Source of the DNA: Haliotis cracherodii
Taxonomy: Eukaryota
Length of the DNA stretch: 64,000 nucleotides
Assembly: GCF_022045235.1 (NCBI RefSeq)
Contig: NW_027266273.1
Coordinates: 18,228,001 to 18,292,000, forward strand
Direction of reading: 5' to 3'
The notes under the pieces were generated by a model. The model made no database searches. It was not told the origin of the DNA and was given only the letters and a program-made list of their open reading frames with translations. Positions 25,489 through 38,089 of the stretch are shown here, piece by piece (position 1 is the first letter of the stretch; each line of letters opens with the position of its first letter). The translations under genes and the position numbers were made by a program.

Positions 25489-25755
25489 GGGGCACGGGTG
25501 GCCCAGTCGTCTTAGGAGCCGCCATTTGCTGTGCAGAGTTGCGTCCCTTCGGACACGCCGGAAACATATGATTGTGGGTTCGTATCCCGATTCGCCCCGA
25601 TTAGGTTTCTAGGTTTGTCAGCACCATACCCGTGCTCATGGGTTTCACCGAAGTGGTAAACGTCTGATACCTGCATCACTTTGGGCTTTCCTCCCACATT
25701 AAGCTGACACGCCGCGATATAACTGTGTTAAAGCCAACTCACTAACTCACTCACA
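25489..25755 (+). mobile_element. SINE family C, near full length
   Basis: GGGGCACGGGTGGCCCAGTCGTC head, B box at about 25577, (ACTC)n tail. Confidence 0.88.
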
Positions 25756-25835
25756 CTGTGAGCATACAGAATACATTCATAGACACATCTGTGAGACACG
25801 TGTATAAAACGTGGATGCAATTGGAGATATTTTCA

Positions 25836-26770
25836 GTGAGTGAGAGAGTTGGTTTCAACAGAAGAAGAAACTGCAGCAGAATACGTATAAGTATGAGGTG
25901 AAGATTGAATAGGAACTAATTTTTTTGCTTCCAAAAGAGAGATATTGTTGGTGTACATAATTTTGAGGATTTGCCACTGATGTTCAAATTTTGGGCAGGA
26001 TTTTGATTATGCCAAATGTGGTCCATCACAATTGGATTTTATTTGTGTACTCGGGGCTCTCATGAGCACCACTGCGAAGAATACAGACAGGACTGTGAGT
26101 GCAGGTCTTGGCACCATGGCCAAACTGTTGACATTTAAAACATCGGAATGGGTTAGGTATATATACCTCCACACCGATGTTACAGTACCCTGCTTTAATT
26201 GGTTTGGGGAGAGTAGAGAGTCTGAAAGTAAACAGGTAGGTATTTGTTTTGATAATATTGTTGTCTTGTTTTCAACGCCTTGATTTGTTAATGCTGCTGT
26301 AATATCTCCTTCTGTCATGTCAGACAGACGCTTTGCTCGATCTCGAACAAATCCTCGACAGGGGTTCAGAGATTTGTGCACTGAAACAACAACCTTGGTG
26401 TTGCACATTCCACAAGAAGTGAACCATTTTCTAACTTCTCCCCATGCACTCTGAATGCCCTTGGAGACAGCAAAAGGATTGAGTTTGAGAAGGTTTCTAT
26501 CAGTAGATGAGATAACTATGAACCTAGGCCAAGAATTAGCAACATCTGGAGAGACATGTTCATCAGACGACAAAGAGTCCACATGACGACGTATATTTGT
26601 TTTCAGTGAACAGAAGTTTGGTTTTGAGACATAGTGTGTTAATAGAATTCGAGGTCACTGAGCGAAATTTCAACGTTTTCATCGACGGCATTGCCAGGTG
26701 ATGCCATGGCGAACACTAGTAACATATCAAAACCTATACAGATACGGTGTTCGTCTGCAAGTCAACTCTC
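25836..26770 (-). mobile_element. I/Nimb-clade LINE remnant: 5'UTR and ORF1 (gag-like, zinc knuckle) joined to an (ACTC)n tail
   Basis: WPRFIVIS...LNPFAVSKGI, HKSLN.CRG, YIPNPFRCFKCQQFGH in shifted frames. Confidence 0.75.
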
Positions 26771-27044
26771 TACTCTGACGTCACGTCACTGCTCATTAAC
26801 TCTCGGTAGTTTCCGGAATACAAGTAGGATATAAAGTCCATGTCACAAATATTGGCTATAGGCCTTTCCCCTTTAAAAGACGGGTTTTTATAAGCTTAAA
26901 AATGATTTAATCCAATATTTATAGTAACAGCTGTTGAAATTATTGTTCACGAGGAATGTCCATGTATTGATGTTAATGATATTGATCATTTTGAAACTCA
27001 AACTCAATTTTGTATTGAAAAAAATCAATATGGCAAAGAAGCTC

Positions 27045-27420
27045 GGGTGGTCCAATCGTCTATGAGACCGACCAATCGATTTTATCTAAACAAATACTTT
27101 GCCTCAGATATATCTTGAAAAAAATAATTATGCTTCAGACTGTTAAAAAATACAGAAATCGTCTGCCAAATAAATTACACTGTGGCAAGGTGTCTCACAA
27201 ATATTCGCAGAGTTGCATCCCCTTGGCACGCCAGAAACATCGCGCATGCTCATGTTTCTAGGTTTTTAAGCAACATGTGCGTGCTCGTGGGTTTCACCAA
27301 GGAGGGAAAGGTCTGAGACTTGCATCACTTGGGGCTTTCCTCCCACTTTAAGCTGACACACCTTGATATTACTGGAATACTATTCAAAATGGCGTTAAAC
27401 CCCACTCACTCACTCAATCA
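27045..27420 (+). mobile_element. SINE family C interrupted by a ~135-bp insertion
   Basis: Head at 27045-27067; body resumes at about 27200; tail GGCGTTAAACCCCACTCACTC. Confidence 0.75.
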
Positions 27421-27956
27421 TTCATACCAGTCTAGCCAATTATGAGAAGAGTCAGTGCATGAATGCCAGTTTTGGACCAGTTGATGGCCACCTGCGCAAT
27501 GGTCGCACTGGCACGGTTTAGTTGCTGCTTAATCTGACCACATCATGCAGACTTTGAGTAGACCAATAAGTAGACTGTTCGGTACATCACAGTTCACAAC
27601 CGAAAATGTGTTTATTACATGGGTCATTTTTTTTATTTCAGGCAGCCAGGTGACCTTGAATTATGACCATGCAGAGATTTTCTGAGGTATCGTATCATAA
27701 TGCCTTTCGATTTTCTGTATATAGCTACACGTACCTGTTGAAATCGTGATGCTCTTATTAACGTTATGAACTGACATATCATTTCGCTCTTGGGAGAGGA
27801 CCCTGGGATCGATAATTAATTAAGTTCTCCAGATGTTTCACTTTGTACATATAAATACATCAACTCAGGAGGTTCTCCACACTGAAGACCTATATTTCAG
27901 TTATATTGTGACACGTAAAAATCAGATTTAATTATTTTAGTTATGGTGGTATTTAG

Positions 27957-29140
27957 ACAAGTTCCTGAATGTATTATTCTTTTAATGCATTTAATGTATT
28001 GCATAAATAGCATAGATTTTTACAATTTAGCTTTTGAAGATCCATTCCACGGAACGGATAACCAGGCGTTTGTTAGGTATTTAGAATTTATTCTTAAGTG
28101 AAAATACTGTAAATTCACATCGCCACAGAGGTTAATGTTGTACGAGATCTCATTTACCGTTTCTGATTGTCGTGCTAACAAGGTCGCAAAAGGTTTAGTA
28201 ATCCTTAGTTGGTGTGTAATCTATCTGTAACTTGTAACTTTGTGTATGCTTGACAGTAATGCATGGGCTACATGTAGGTTATCGCTCTAACATCACATAA
28301 AGTCACATACATCACACTAAGTCACATACATCACACTAAGTCACGTATATCACATTACGTCACATTCATCACATTTAGTCACACAAAGCCACATTAAGTC
28401 ACACTAAGTCACATACATCACACTAAGTCACGTATATCACATTACGTCACATTCATCACATTTAGTCACACAAAGCCACATTAAGTCAAACTAAGTCACG
28501 TACATCACATTACGTCACATTCATCACATTTAGTCACACAGAGTAACATTAAGTCATTCTAAGTCACATTTAGTCATATAAAAACATAAAGTCATATACA
28601 TCACATATACAAATTAAGTCAGATTAAGTCACATTAAGCCAAATCCAGTACAATTAGGTCACAAACAGCACACAAAGTCACATACAGCACTTTTAGTCAC
28701 ACTCAGTCACATTAAGTCACCTTAAGTCACACAAGTTCCTGAATGTATTATTCTTTTAATGCATTTAATGTATTGCATAAATAGCATAGATTTTTACAAT
28801 TTAGCTTTTGAAGATCCATTCCACGGAACGGATAACCAGGCGTTTGTTAGGTATTTAGAATTTATTCTTAAGTGAAAATACTGTAAATTCACATCGCCAC
28901 AGAGGTTAATGTTGTACGAGATCTCATTTACCGTTTCTGATTGTCGTGCTAACAAGGTCGCAAAAGGTTTAGTAATCCTTAGTTGGTGTGTAATCTATCT
29001 GTAACTTGTAACTTTGTGTATGCTTGACAGTAATGCATGGGCTACATGTAGGTTATCGCTCTAACATCACATAAAGTCACATACATCACACTAAGTCACG
29101 TATATCCCATTACGTCACATACATCACATTAAGTCACATT
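27957..29140. repeat. Direct duplication (offset 774 bp) interleaved with an AGTCAC(A/T) minisatellite
   Basis: 27957-28324 is reiterated at 28731-29098 with no mismatch seen; the TAAGTCACA array spans about 28290-28730. Confidence 0.92.
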
Positions 29141-30889
29141 GATGTTGACTTGTTGTTTACTGTTATTTTAGCCAGCATTGCTTCGAATTCCATATATATA
29201 GATATATCATATCTGTGAAGCAGTACAGAGCGAGTATCGGATGTTTTTTTTCTTCTCATCCACCTTGGACACAGATACTCAATGACGTGATTTGTGGAAT
29301 TTTGTTGCAAGATCCACCGGCGAAACAATGCATGGGACGTCAGCCTGCCAACGGGGTTGCTGGGGTCATTGAGTATGCATAAGCTGCTCTCAGTGATCTA
29401 TCATCTCCTCGCGCAATGTCGTTGAATAAGCCAATTGATGTTGAGAGTTTTCAATGTTTGTTAGTGTAACTTAAGCACGCGCTTTGGTATTACACAATGT
29501 GTAATACAGCTGTATGTTTATTAAACAGGTGATCACTTCACGGGCATGTAATAAATTTGATTTTACTTTATTTAAGTTGTAATAACAGTAATAATTCTTG
29601 GATTTACGACAATTCTTTTGAATAAAAGATTATATATGAATTCAAATTTGTGTTGTATATTTTAATAATGCAAATTAATTTATGTAAAGTACGGCAGACC
29701 CTCTTTTCTGATAATTTTGCCATCACAGTATTCCCTTTTCTGGAATATGGATCCGTGCTCATTCTATCTTGGATCCTGTCAATAGTTTCTCCTGCTATCA
29801 CATACCTAAATACTGGCAGTTACATGAAGTCCAATATTCTGGAAGTGTGAATTTAGAAATTTAGAATTCCAAACTAAGTGACCTTGGCAAACAGATTAGG
29901 ATAAACCTTATATCATTAACTAATAATTTCATTAAATTCTGAGTTAATTTAGGATGGCATAGATATGTTAAAACTTTTGCAGAGAGAAAGCTTACAGACA
30001 TTTGCTGCAGATTTGGGGCGGAGCAGTTCTAGATCTATCCCTGTTGACCAAAGGTTCCAGACGCCCAAATGAAATATATGTTACGAATCATTTATCATAT
30101 AATAAAATATGTAGCAGTGAGGGGAAAGATCTACTGCTTTGATTTTATCAACTATTCTTTTTTTTTTAATTCATTAAAAAGACCCACTGACTCTATGCCT
30201 TTCAGGTTATATTGGTTTTACTTTGAGCACCAGATGTACAACATGGGCAATGTGACTGTTGACAATCTATTTATAGATATCCACATGATTTGCAACTTGT
30301 GCTTATGGTTTTCACACAATTACGATGGAAAGTAAGTTTCCCCGCCCTCGGATTGTTGAGTAGTAGTGTTGAATTCCCTTTTGTGTTTTCAGTTGGTGAA
30401 ACAAGTTAAAAGGTAACAATGGGTATTCTTTTGGAAACTGTTTATCCCCACTGCACGGCAGAATTGTTTTACACAGATCAGTAAACTCATGTATGTTAGA
30501 AAGTGTGTTTTTATTAAAGGTCTCTTTGAATTTTTCAAACGAAAGAAAAAGTCCAGTTTGATCTGTTTGGCCATTGATAGTTTACCGCTTTTTCTTTCCA
30601 ATACTTATACAAGATATATTTATTATCTATTTGATTGTTATCGTTTTACCAAATTCCCTGTGAAAGAATACCAAAATCGCAATTTTCTTTCACTTTCATG
30701 GGTTTCTTAAAAAAATATTTGCGGGCATTTTATGCCTCCATTTTTATTTTTACATACAATTAAACTTCATTTATTTCATCTGGTTTATTTCCCCAAATGA
30801 ACTTGAAGTATCGCTTTTGAAACTGAACTATAACACAGTCAGGTGGGTATTGCTGAAAACAATTGATTGAGTTCTGGTAGAATGAAAGA

Positions 30890-33800
30890 TTTTAATATTT
30901 TCCTTTGCTCAAAACTTAATTCAACTAATATGTAGCGTTATAAAAATATTTCGCCTAAGGGTGAGAATATTTTCTTCAGCTCAAAACTCATGTTTTTCTT
31001 TTGCAAAAAAATAAAGGTGTGTGCATCATGACACAATTGATCTAATTTGTGGCGTTATTGAAATATTAAGCCCAAAGGCGAGAATATTTTTCTTTGCTTA
31101 AATCTCATGTTTTTCTTTTACAAATACATAAAGGTCCGCTACAAGCATCATGACACATGATTCAACTAATTTTAAGTTAATTCAACTAATTTGTGGCGTT
31201 ATTGAAATAGTACGCCCATGTTTTGGTCGAGGCCACAGAACGAATGAACCCGGCCTGCCGCATCTTTGGTCTTGTGTATTGTAGTAAAATTTTAACGGCC
31301 TACGCTTTCAGTTAATTTTACGTACCATATACCTTCCATTGATCACACTGGGTAATTAAGTGACACTGGGTGTGCAATATATAGGTACACATGTGCGTAT
31401 TTTAAAGTAAAAGACCGATTCGTTTTTCATTGCATAACGTCTGGCTGAATATCTCACATTCTAACGAAATCTCGAAATAATTACTAGTATTTCTTATATG
31501 GGGTATCGAACTGACCAATGGGAAATATGTTTGAAGCCGATGGAGGAAAACTTGAGTGAATATTGTGACACGAAAGCAACTTTTAAATGCATTGCCACTT
31601 TTGGTATTAATAAGAGAAACAGTCCATAAAAAACAACAGCCTTCTTATGTTAATTCCAATATTCTCACTAGTACGTTGCATCTAATTACAGCGTCGGCCT
31701 TATTTACAGATAAGTCCACAATACACCACGTGTGAATAAACAGCTATGCGGGTGGTGGTGTGGGCAAATACCTAGCCTGTACATATATTTTTGTAGATAC
31801 ATGTATTACATATTTTCGTTAATTGTGGATATATTAAGCACAAAGAAACAAAATGTTTATGAAAGATGCCTTGATAAATTCAACAAGAACGAATCTTGTA
31901 TTTTCTCCGCGATCTTGAAGTGTATCATCGTTTAATGGGTAATTCAATAAAAGTAAAACCGGTAGTATGTAGTTAATTGAACCAGACTACACAAAAAATC
32001 CGGTATAAAAAATTGGATATATGTTATTGGAAAATGTTGGTGGCCTGATATTCGACAAAGGGTGCGTCAAAACGCAGCCATTGTCGATTTGCCATGCTTT
32101 GAACAGCATTGTTTTCACACTTGTTCACAAATGTCAGTAAAGCAAAATGCACATGCAAGTTTTGGCATTCGTAAGTCTTGGTAGTGGCTATAAAAAGGCA
32201 AGCATAAGCCAATAATATGTCGCTCAATTGTCAATATTTTTCAAGTTCGAAAATGCCGAAACTCAGCGCTGCCTATCAGAATATCGCAATAGGACGTATC
32301 CAAAGAGGGGAATTCGAATCTTCTGTTGCACGCCTCTTCAACGTCCACCACAGCACCAGTTGCCGCCTTTAGGTACATACAGTTCAATTCTACTGCAGAC
32401 CGTCCGAGAACCGGCCAAACAAGAGTTCAGTCGACTGTTCCACCTACGTCACCGTAATGCCACAGCTACGGAGACCGCAGGACGCATCCCTGATTTGAGG
32501 AGGATATCAGACCAGACTGTCAGGAACCATCTTCGCGAGGCTGGAATCCGACCCAGAAGACCAGTTATCGTCCCTGTTTGGCAACAGATCCATCGACATC
32601 GACACTTGCGTTGGTTCCATACCTTACAACCTTGGAATTTGAGAAACAGGAGACTAGTGTGGTTTATCGATGAATCACGATTTCTTCTTCACCGGCGAGA
32701 TGCGTTTTGCCTTACATTGTGTACGTGAATTTGACAATTTCGGTGGCGGTACTATCATGGTGAACGGGGCCATATCCTACACCACGAGATCTGACTTGGT
32801 TGTGGTTCAAGGAAATTTGCAGCAAATCGCGACATGAATCAAATTCTTCAACCTCACCTTCGCCAATTATTGACCGCCAGATGAAGCTGTTTCAACAGAA
32901 CAACGCTCCACCGCATACAGCTCGTGTCAAGGTAGCCTACCTCCACAATGCCGACATCAACGGCTTGCCCTGGCCGTCGAGATCTCCAGATCTCAACCCA
33001 ATCGAACACCTCTGGGATGAACGCTCTCAGAAGACGCCGCAGACACCCCTACAACTGACCAACACGTTACAAGCAAAATGGCGCAGAATTCCGCAGGACA
33101 GAATTCGTACACTTATCCAGTCAGCGCCGAGCAGATGCAGAGCCGGGTCTGACACCGGGGCGGTCGCACGAGATACTGAGTTCAGCGTAACCTTGTGGCC
33201 TTATGTGACATGACGATGAATAGTTTTCAATGCCTTTGTACACCGACAACATGTGACTATCGAGCACCAAAATTGCATATTTGTATCTTTTATATTAAAT
33301 TAAATATATCGACTTTATTAGGTACAATGAATTTACTGAACATCTACCTATGCGTTTCTATTTTTTTAAACTGTGTATGTTTGGAGGCGATATCAAAGGA
33401 GCCGCCCAACAGACAGTTTTGTCCGCTTCACGTGAGCTATCATCCCACTCTCTTGCTTTCGTGTCACAATATTCACTCAAATTTTCCTCAGTCGGCTTCA
33501 AAAATATTTCCCATTGGTCAATTCGACACCTCATATAAGAAATCATTATTTCGAGATTTCATTAGAATGTGAGATATTCAGCCAGACGTTGTGAAATGAA
33601 AGACGAATCGGTTTCTTTCTTTAAAATACGCGCATGTGTACCTGTATATCGCATACCATAATTAATTAATCACTGAATTACCCAGTGTGATCAATGGAAG
33701 GTACATGGAACGTAAAATCCACTTAAACCAAACCAAAGATGCTGCAGACCGGGTTCTTCCGTTCTGCGGCCTCGTCTTTGTATGTCATAAACAATGTAAC

Positions 33801-34410
33801 GAATAGAAATGTAACAACGAGACATAAAATAGGAAATGAACCAAGTAAACTTAAATGTTGTGGATGATAATGCCAATGAATTGGAGTACACTCGCATGAA
33901 TTCGGATGATAAACTATAAATATATGTTTTGAGGTGAGGCTGGGTTCATAAAAGATCGTGACGATATGTACAAAAGGTAAAACTTTTTAAATAGTAATGT
34001 AATGACATAATTGAAAGTATGTTTCACATGATACAATATACTTTGCACACAAGTAGTTAATGTTTCAAAGAGACCGACCACAACATGGGCGAAATAGTTT
34101 AATAACGCCACAAAATAGTTGAATTACGTGAAAATTAGTTGAATCATGTGTCATGATGCTTGTAGACATACCTTGATGAATTTGCAAATGAAAAACATGA
34201 GTTTTGAGCAAAGGAAAATATTCTCGCCCATTGGCCAATCCTTTTCACCCATGGGCGAAATATTTTGACAACGCCACAAATTAGTTGAATTAAGTTAAAA
34301 TGAGTTGAATCATGTGTCATGATGCTTGTAGACACAACTTTATGCATTTGCAAAAGAAAAAACATGGGTTTTGAGCAAAGGTAACTATTCTCGTCCATGG
34401 GCCACATAAT
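30890..34410. mobile_element. Foldback-like element with long inverted arms built from sub-repeats
   Basis: 31230-31580 is inverted at 33450-33775, and 30890-31230 is inverted at 34070-34410. Sub-repeats include TTCAACTAATTTGTGGCGTT and GCATCATGACACA. Confidence 0.8.
31940..33377 (+). mobile_element. Degenerate Tc1 transposon (transposase pseudogene 32253-33179)
   Basis: MPKLS..., TVRNHLREAG, WFIDESRF, QQNNAPPH...WPSRSPDLNPIEHLWDE, GRTRY*; right TIR TGCGTTTC(T)n..GTGTA. Confidence 0.9.
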
Positions 34411-34664
34411 TTAAATTTTGAGTTTTCGAAAGATTTTGTTTTACATTTTTTATTCCCTTTTCTTTAATGTACCCATGGGAAGAGCATGTTCAGTGTTCGA
34501 AGTACCTTTGGCAGAGACTGGCCACAGCATGGAGAGTTTCTGGACAAATGGGTTTCCAAAATTTAAATGGGTCGTGTTATATTCTTTTTGCATGTAAAGA
34601 ATATAACGTTTTAGGGGCAAATGATATTTTGTGCATCGATCTACATAATTGGGATACAATAACA

Positions 34665-34765
34665 TTCATCAACCAGGTCAGCAATCTTGACTAACCGATC
34701 TCGTTGGTCGGCTCTTACGACTAGCATCGGATGCTGAAGACCAATTCTAAATCGGATCTTCACGA
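34665..34765 (-). mobile_element. SINE family A 5' fragment
   Basis: Reverse complement of CGTGAAGATCCG...GTCGTAAGAG...GCTGAC. Confidence 0.7.
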
Positions 34766-35100
34766 TTTTTGAACATAAGTACTGAGGTTCACTGTAGTTT
34801 CTGTAGACCTAAGGAAAAAGAAATTGTGCAGTACAGTTACATTGGCAGTCACTTTTTATTCAAACGTGAACAATATTAGATTGGAATTCTTTTTTGATAC
34901 TTGGAAACATTCCATTAAATATTCTGGGTTTAGCTTGGGTGTCTTGTTAAAGACAAGATATGTTTTCGATCATTGCTTCAAAACAGCCGATATTGTTCTG
35001 TGAAAGGAAACGAAAAATAAGAAAAGCCTTGGAATAGCGAGAAAATATTCCGTTAAGCAAACTATCCGCCGAGTCAATTTGTACCAACCAATGAGTACCA

Positions 35101-35294
35101 TACACTCTTCAAAAAAAGAAACGCACAGGTAGATTATTAGTAAATTCATTGTACCTAATAAAGTCGATATATTTGATTTAATATCATACATACAAATATG
35201 AAATTTTGGAGCTCGATTTATATACCGGATGTTTTGCGTCGTCAGGTTCAATGAACAACATACTATCTGTGCGTTTCTTTTTTTGAAAAGTGTA
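35101..35294. mobile_element. MITE derived from the 31940-33377 Tc1 family (both ends, internal deletion)
   Basis: TACACTCTTCAAAAAAAGAAACGCACAG ... CTGTGCGTTTCTTTTTTTGAAAAGTGTA; subterminal sequences match both ends of the Tc1. Confidence 0.88.
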
Positions 35295-36057
35295 AATAAT
35301 ACAATTATGCGTGATGCCCGGACAATGCTGATACTATCAATCATTCGATGGATATCAGGCCATATAGCTTTACGGTGTTAAGAAAACAACTACTCTACTG
35401 AGATTAGACAAACATGATTTCACGCCATATTAACTTTGAAAAATAAATTGAAATAACATTGGAAAAAGAAAAGTGAGCCTCGGGTTTTATAAGAACAAAT
35501 GTTCACTGGGCATGATGGATGTAGTAAAGAATGAGCTGTGAAAACAATACACACAATTATCATCTGTAACGTATTCTTTGTAATACATAAATGTGAATAT
35601 GAAAACATGATTTTGCCAAGATAGATCAAAGTAATACTATAACATCTTTTACATACATGTTTCCCCTGTGAAAAAAATGAAAACACATCTTTTACAGCTG
35701 GCATTTATTTTTGTGATTTACAATTACATTTCATGATTTGATAGGCAACACATACTTGAGTTCGCTATCATCACATAAGAACAATCTAATCAACGCCCTG
35801 CTCATACTGATTTATTGATGTGTCACACATTCAGCGAATGAAGCACACAAGATAATTACTGAAGTTGATTTTTCATATAATTTCGTACTTGGCTATTGTA
35901 ACATTAATATTAATCTATGCATTTGATTTGTATAATATCATGAGGTAAGGTATTTAGTGAAATAAACTAAGGGTGAAGTTCGTGCCACCAATCCTTTCTT
36001 AAAACAATGTGTATGACTTAACACAGTCACATCAATTTAATTCTGTTGAATACCATC

Positions 36058-37347
36058 TTATAAGGTGCCTCCACACACTAGTTTGCTCATGTCAAGCACC
36101 ATATCCGTCAGCATGCGTGGGGGTACGTGCACAGAGGTAGCAAACTTGTTGTTACTATACCAACTGCTGTATAGTTTACCACCCCAAACAGCCAACTGTT
36201 TCATGTGACTATTTCTGTGTTGTTTATACTTGTGAGGGAAGAGTTCAATCAACCCTGTTCCAGGAACCTGGAACAACGTGAGTGCTAACCCCGCACCGTG
36301 TACACCGATCAAAATATCCGTTTCCGTGATCAGTTGTATTTGTTCTCTGATGGTCAAAGTCTCCAACGCTACGGCTTGTACAGGAGTTTCAGGAAATGTG
36401 TTTTTCAGCGCCTGAATGAGTTCATCAGAATTATTAAACTGTCTCTCTATTATGCCCCTGACGTTTCGTGGATGGGCTATGTAGTTTTTTCTCAACACAA
36501 CAGTTATCCTAATCCTGTCACAAGCTAGTTTCCTGCCCAGAAAGCCTCCTGCACGATCAGAGACATCATAACGGAAATCGTCGATGTAAGGAATAGATTT
36601 GGCTTTGCGCAAAATGGGCACCCGTTTCAACCCGGGAACAAGGACAAACTGCTCCAGGAGCGTTGTTTTCTTCAACCATCCCACTCTGACGACCTTCTTG
36701 AACAGCAGTTCCCACAATCCGTCTAGGGCAGTAGCTGGATGGGCGTCAAGGATGAGAATTGTGGTCTCGGCAGCAGTTCTGTTCATTTCCCGGGTATTCA
36801 GATATGCGTTGTACAACTCTATCACGGTCCAGTACATATTTGCATAGTCGATACGAACAATTCCAACAGTTAGTCCCTCTAAACTCTCCATATATTCCAT
36901 CTCTGTTTTATTGGACACTGTGATTACGTTTGTCACATCATTCACAGATGCCTGATGAGGACGGTTTTCCATGTGTCTCATCAGATCAGGCGTTCCTCTG
37001 CATAGTGTTCTCAAAACGCCAAGTTCAAAGTTTAAAAATTCCGTACTTTCATCTTGATATTCAACTTCAGTGATGTTCTCGCCTCCTCTTCTGGTTCCAA
37101 AAGCTCTGGAAGGATCTAAAACCATGTCCTCTAACTTCATACCACCAGACGGCAAATGCCCAATGCTCTTTGAACATTCTCGTTCATGCCCATTTCTGTT
37201 CAACAACAATCGTTTAGTGCCAAAGAAAACCCGGCTTCCTGCGTTTGTTATTGCTACGAGGAGATAGGATAGCGCAATGATATAAATGATGATTTTCAAT
37301 CGCGACCTTAGTTTTCTTGTACGCCTGAATGACATATTATAATACAT
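36058..37347 (-). CDS. GT61 glycosyltransferase, plant beta-1,2-xylosyltransferase (XYLT)-like, copy 1; type II membrane protein
   Basis: 429-aa uninterrupted ORF with a basic tail and TM segment (IIIYIIALSYLLVAI). Motifs RGGE, DYANMYW, LDAH, RKNYIAHPR, IREQIQLI, LIGVHGAGL, IEL. Confidence 0.9.
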   Translation of the reverse strand: MYYNMSFRRTRKLRSRLKIIIYIIALSYLLVAITNAGSRVFFGTKRLLLNRNGHERECSKSIGHLPSGGMKLEDMVLDPSRAFGTRRGGENITEVEYQDESTEFLNFELGVLRTLCRGTPDLMRHMENRPHQASVNDVTNVITVSNKTEMEYMESLEGLTVGIVRIDYANMYWTVIELYNAYLNTREMNRTAAETTILILDAHPATALDGLWELLFKKVVRVGWLKKTTLLEQFVLVPGLKRVPILRKAKSIPYIDDFRYDVSDRAGGFLGRKLACDRIRITVVLRKNYIAHPRNVRGIIERQFNNSDELIQALKNTFPETPVQAVALETLTIREQIQLITETDILIGVHGAGLALTLFQVPGTGLIELFPHKYKQHRNSHMKQLAVWGGKLYSSWYSNNKFATSVHVPPRMLTDMVLDMSKLVCGGTL

Positions 37348-38011
37348 ATCAGCTATATTTTAAACAAAAAACGCCAATAACGGATTGCGTCCTAAAAAGT
37401 ACTCTTAACCAGCTTGAAACAGATTAAGATTTAAATAATCATTTTCTAATGTCTACAATGATTGCTGATTAAACATATACATGTACATGATGATGATTAA
37501 TGTCGTATGATTTTTAGTTGAGTACCTGTGAGTATACTTTCGAAACCAACCACTACTCAATAACAAATAATATCACACGTAGGTTGTTGTTGATGAGCGA
37601 CGTGAAACGTGAATGCAACTGCAAGTTTTGTTCACAAATCTAGAACTTCGACACAGTACAAAAGGACGTTAAGTGTGTTCCCTCACATGAGATCTGTATC
37701 AACATTTGTGATGAGAGTGAAGGTGCAGCAAATTCAGGGCCTTTGTTCTCTGTAACAAATTTCACAAATCTGTTTAGAAAGAAAGGAGGTTATCCTAATT
37801 TATTCAAACAATTATTTTGCAGTTATATCAGCATCAGTTTGGTCTATACTGGTGTACTATTTCGCATACTGAGATAACATCAAATGACAAATCATGGTTA
37901 TCGGTCCTTCACCTCGATCTGAGTTTAATGAAAATTTTGTACCTGTTTTTACAATTTCTGCCCAATCGAACTAAATGTAAATGATGCACATGGAAATTAT
38001 TCAAGCACCCC

Positions 38012-38014
<3 letters not shown>

Positions 38015-38088
<74 letters not shown>
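38015..38088. repeat. (TG)n microsatellite
   Basis: Directly visible. Confidence 0.98.

Positions 38089-38089
<1 letters not shown>

Noticed and set aside
28290-28730. Repeat array superficially like CRISPR
   Set aside because: Degenerate minisatellite with no unique spacers or cas genes, in a eukaryotic context.
29560-30400. Possible LINE fragment
   Set aside because: Too degraded to read diagnostic motifs.
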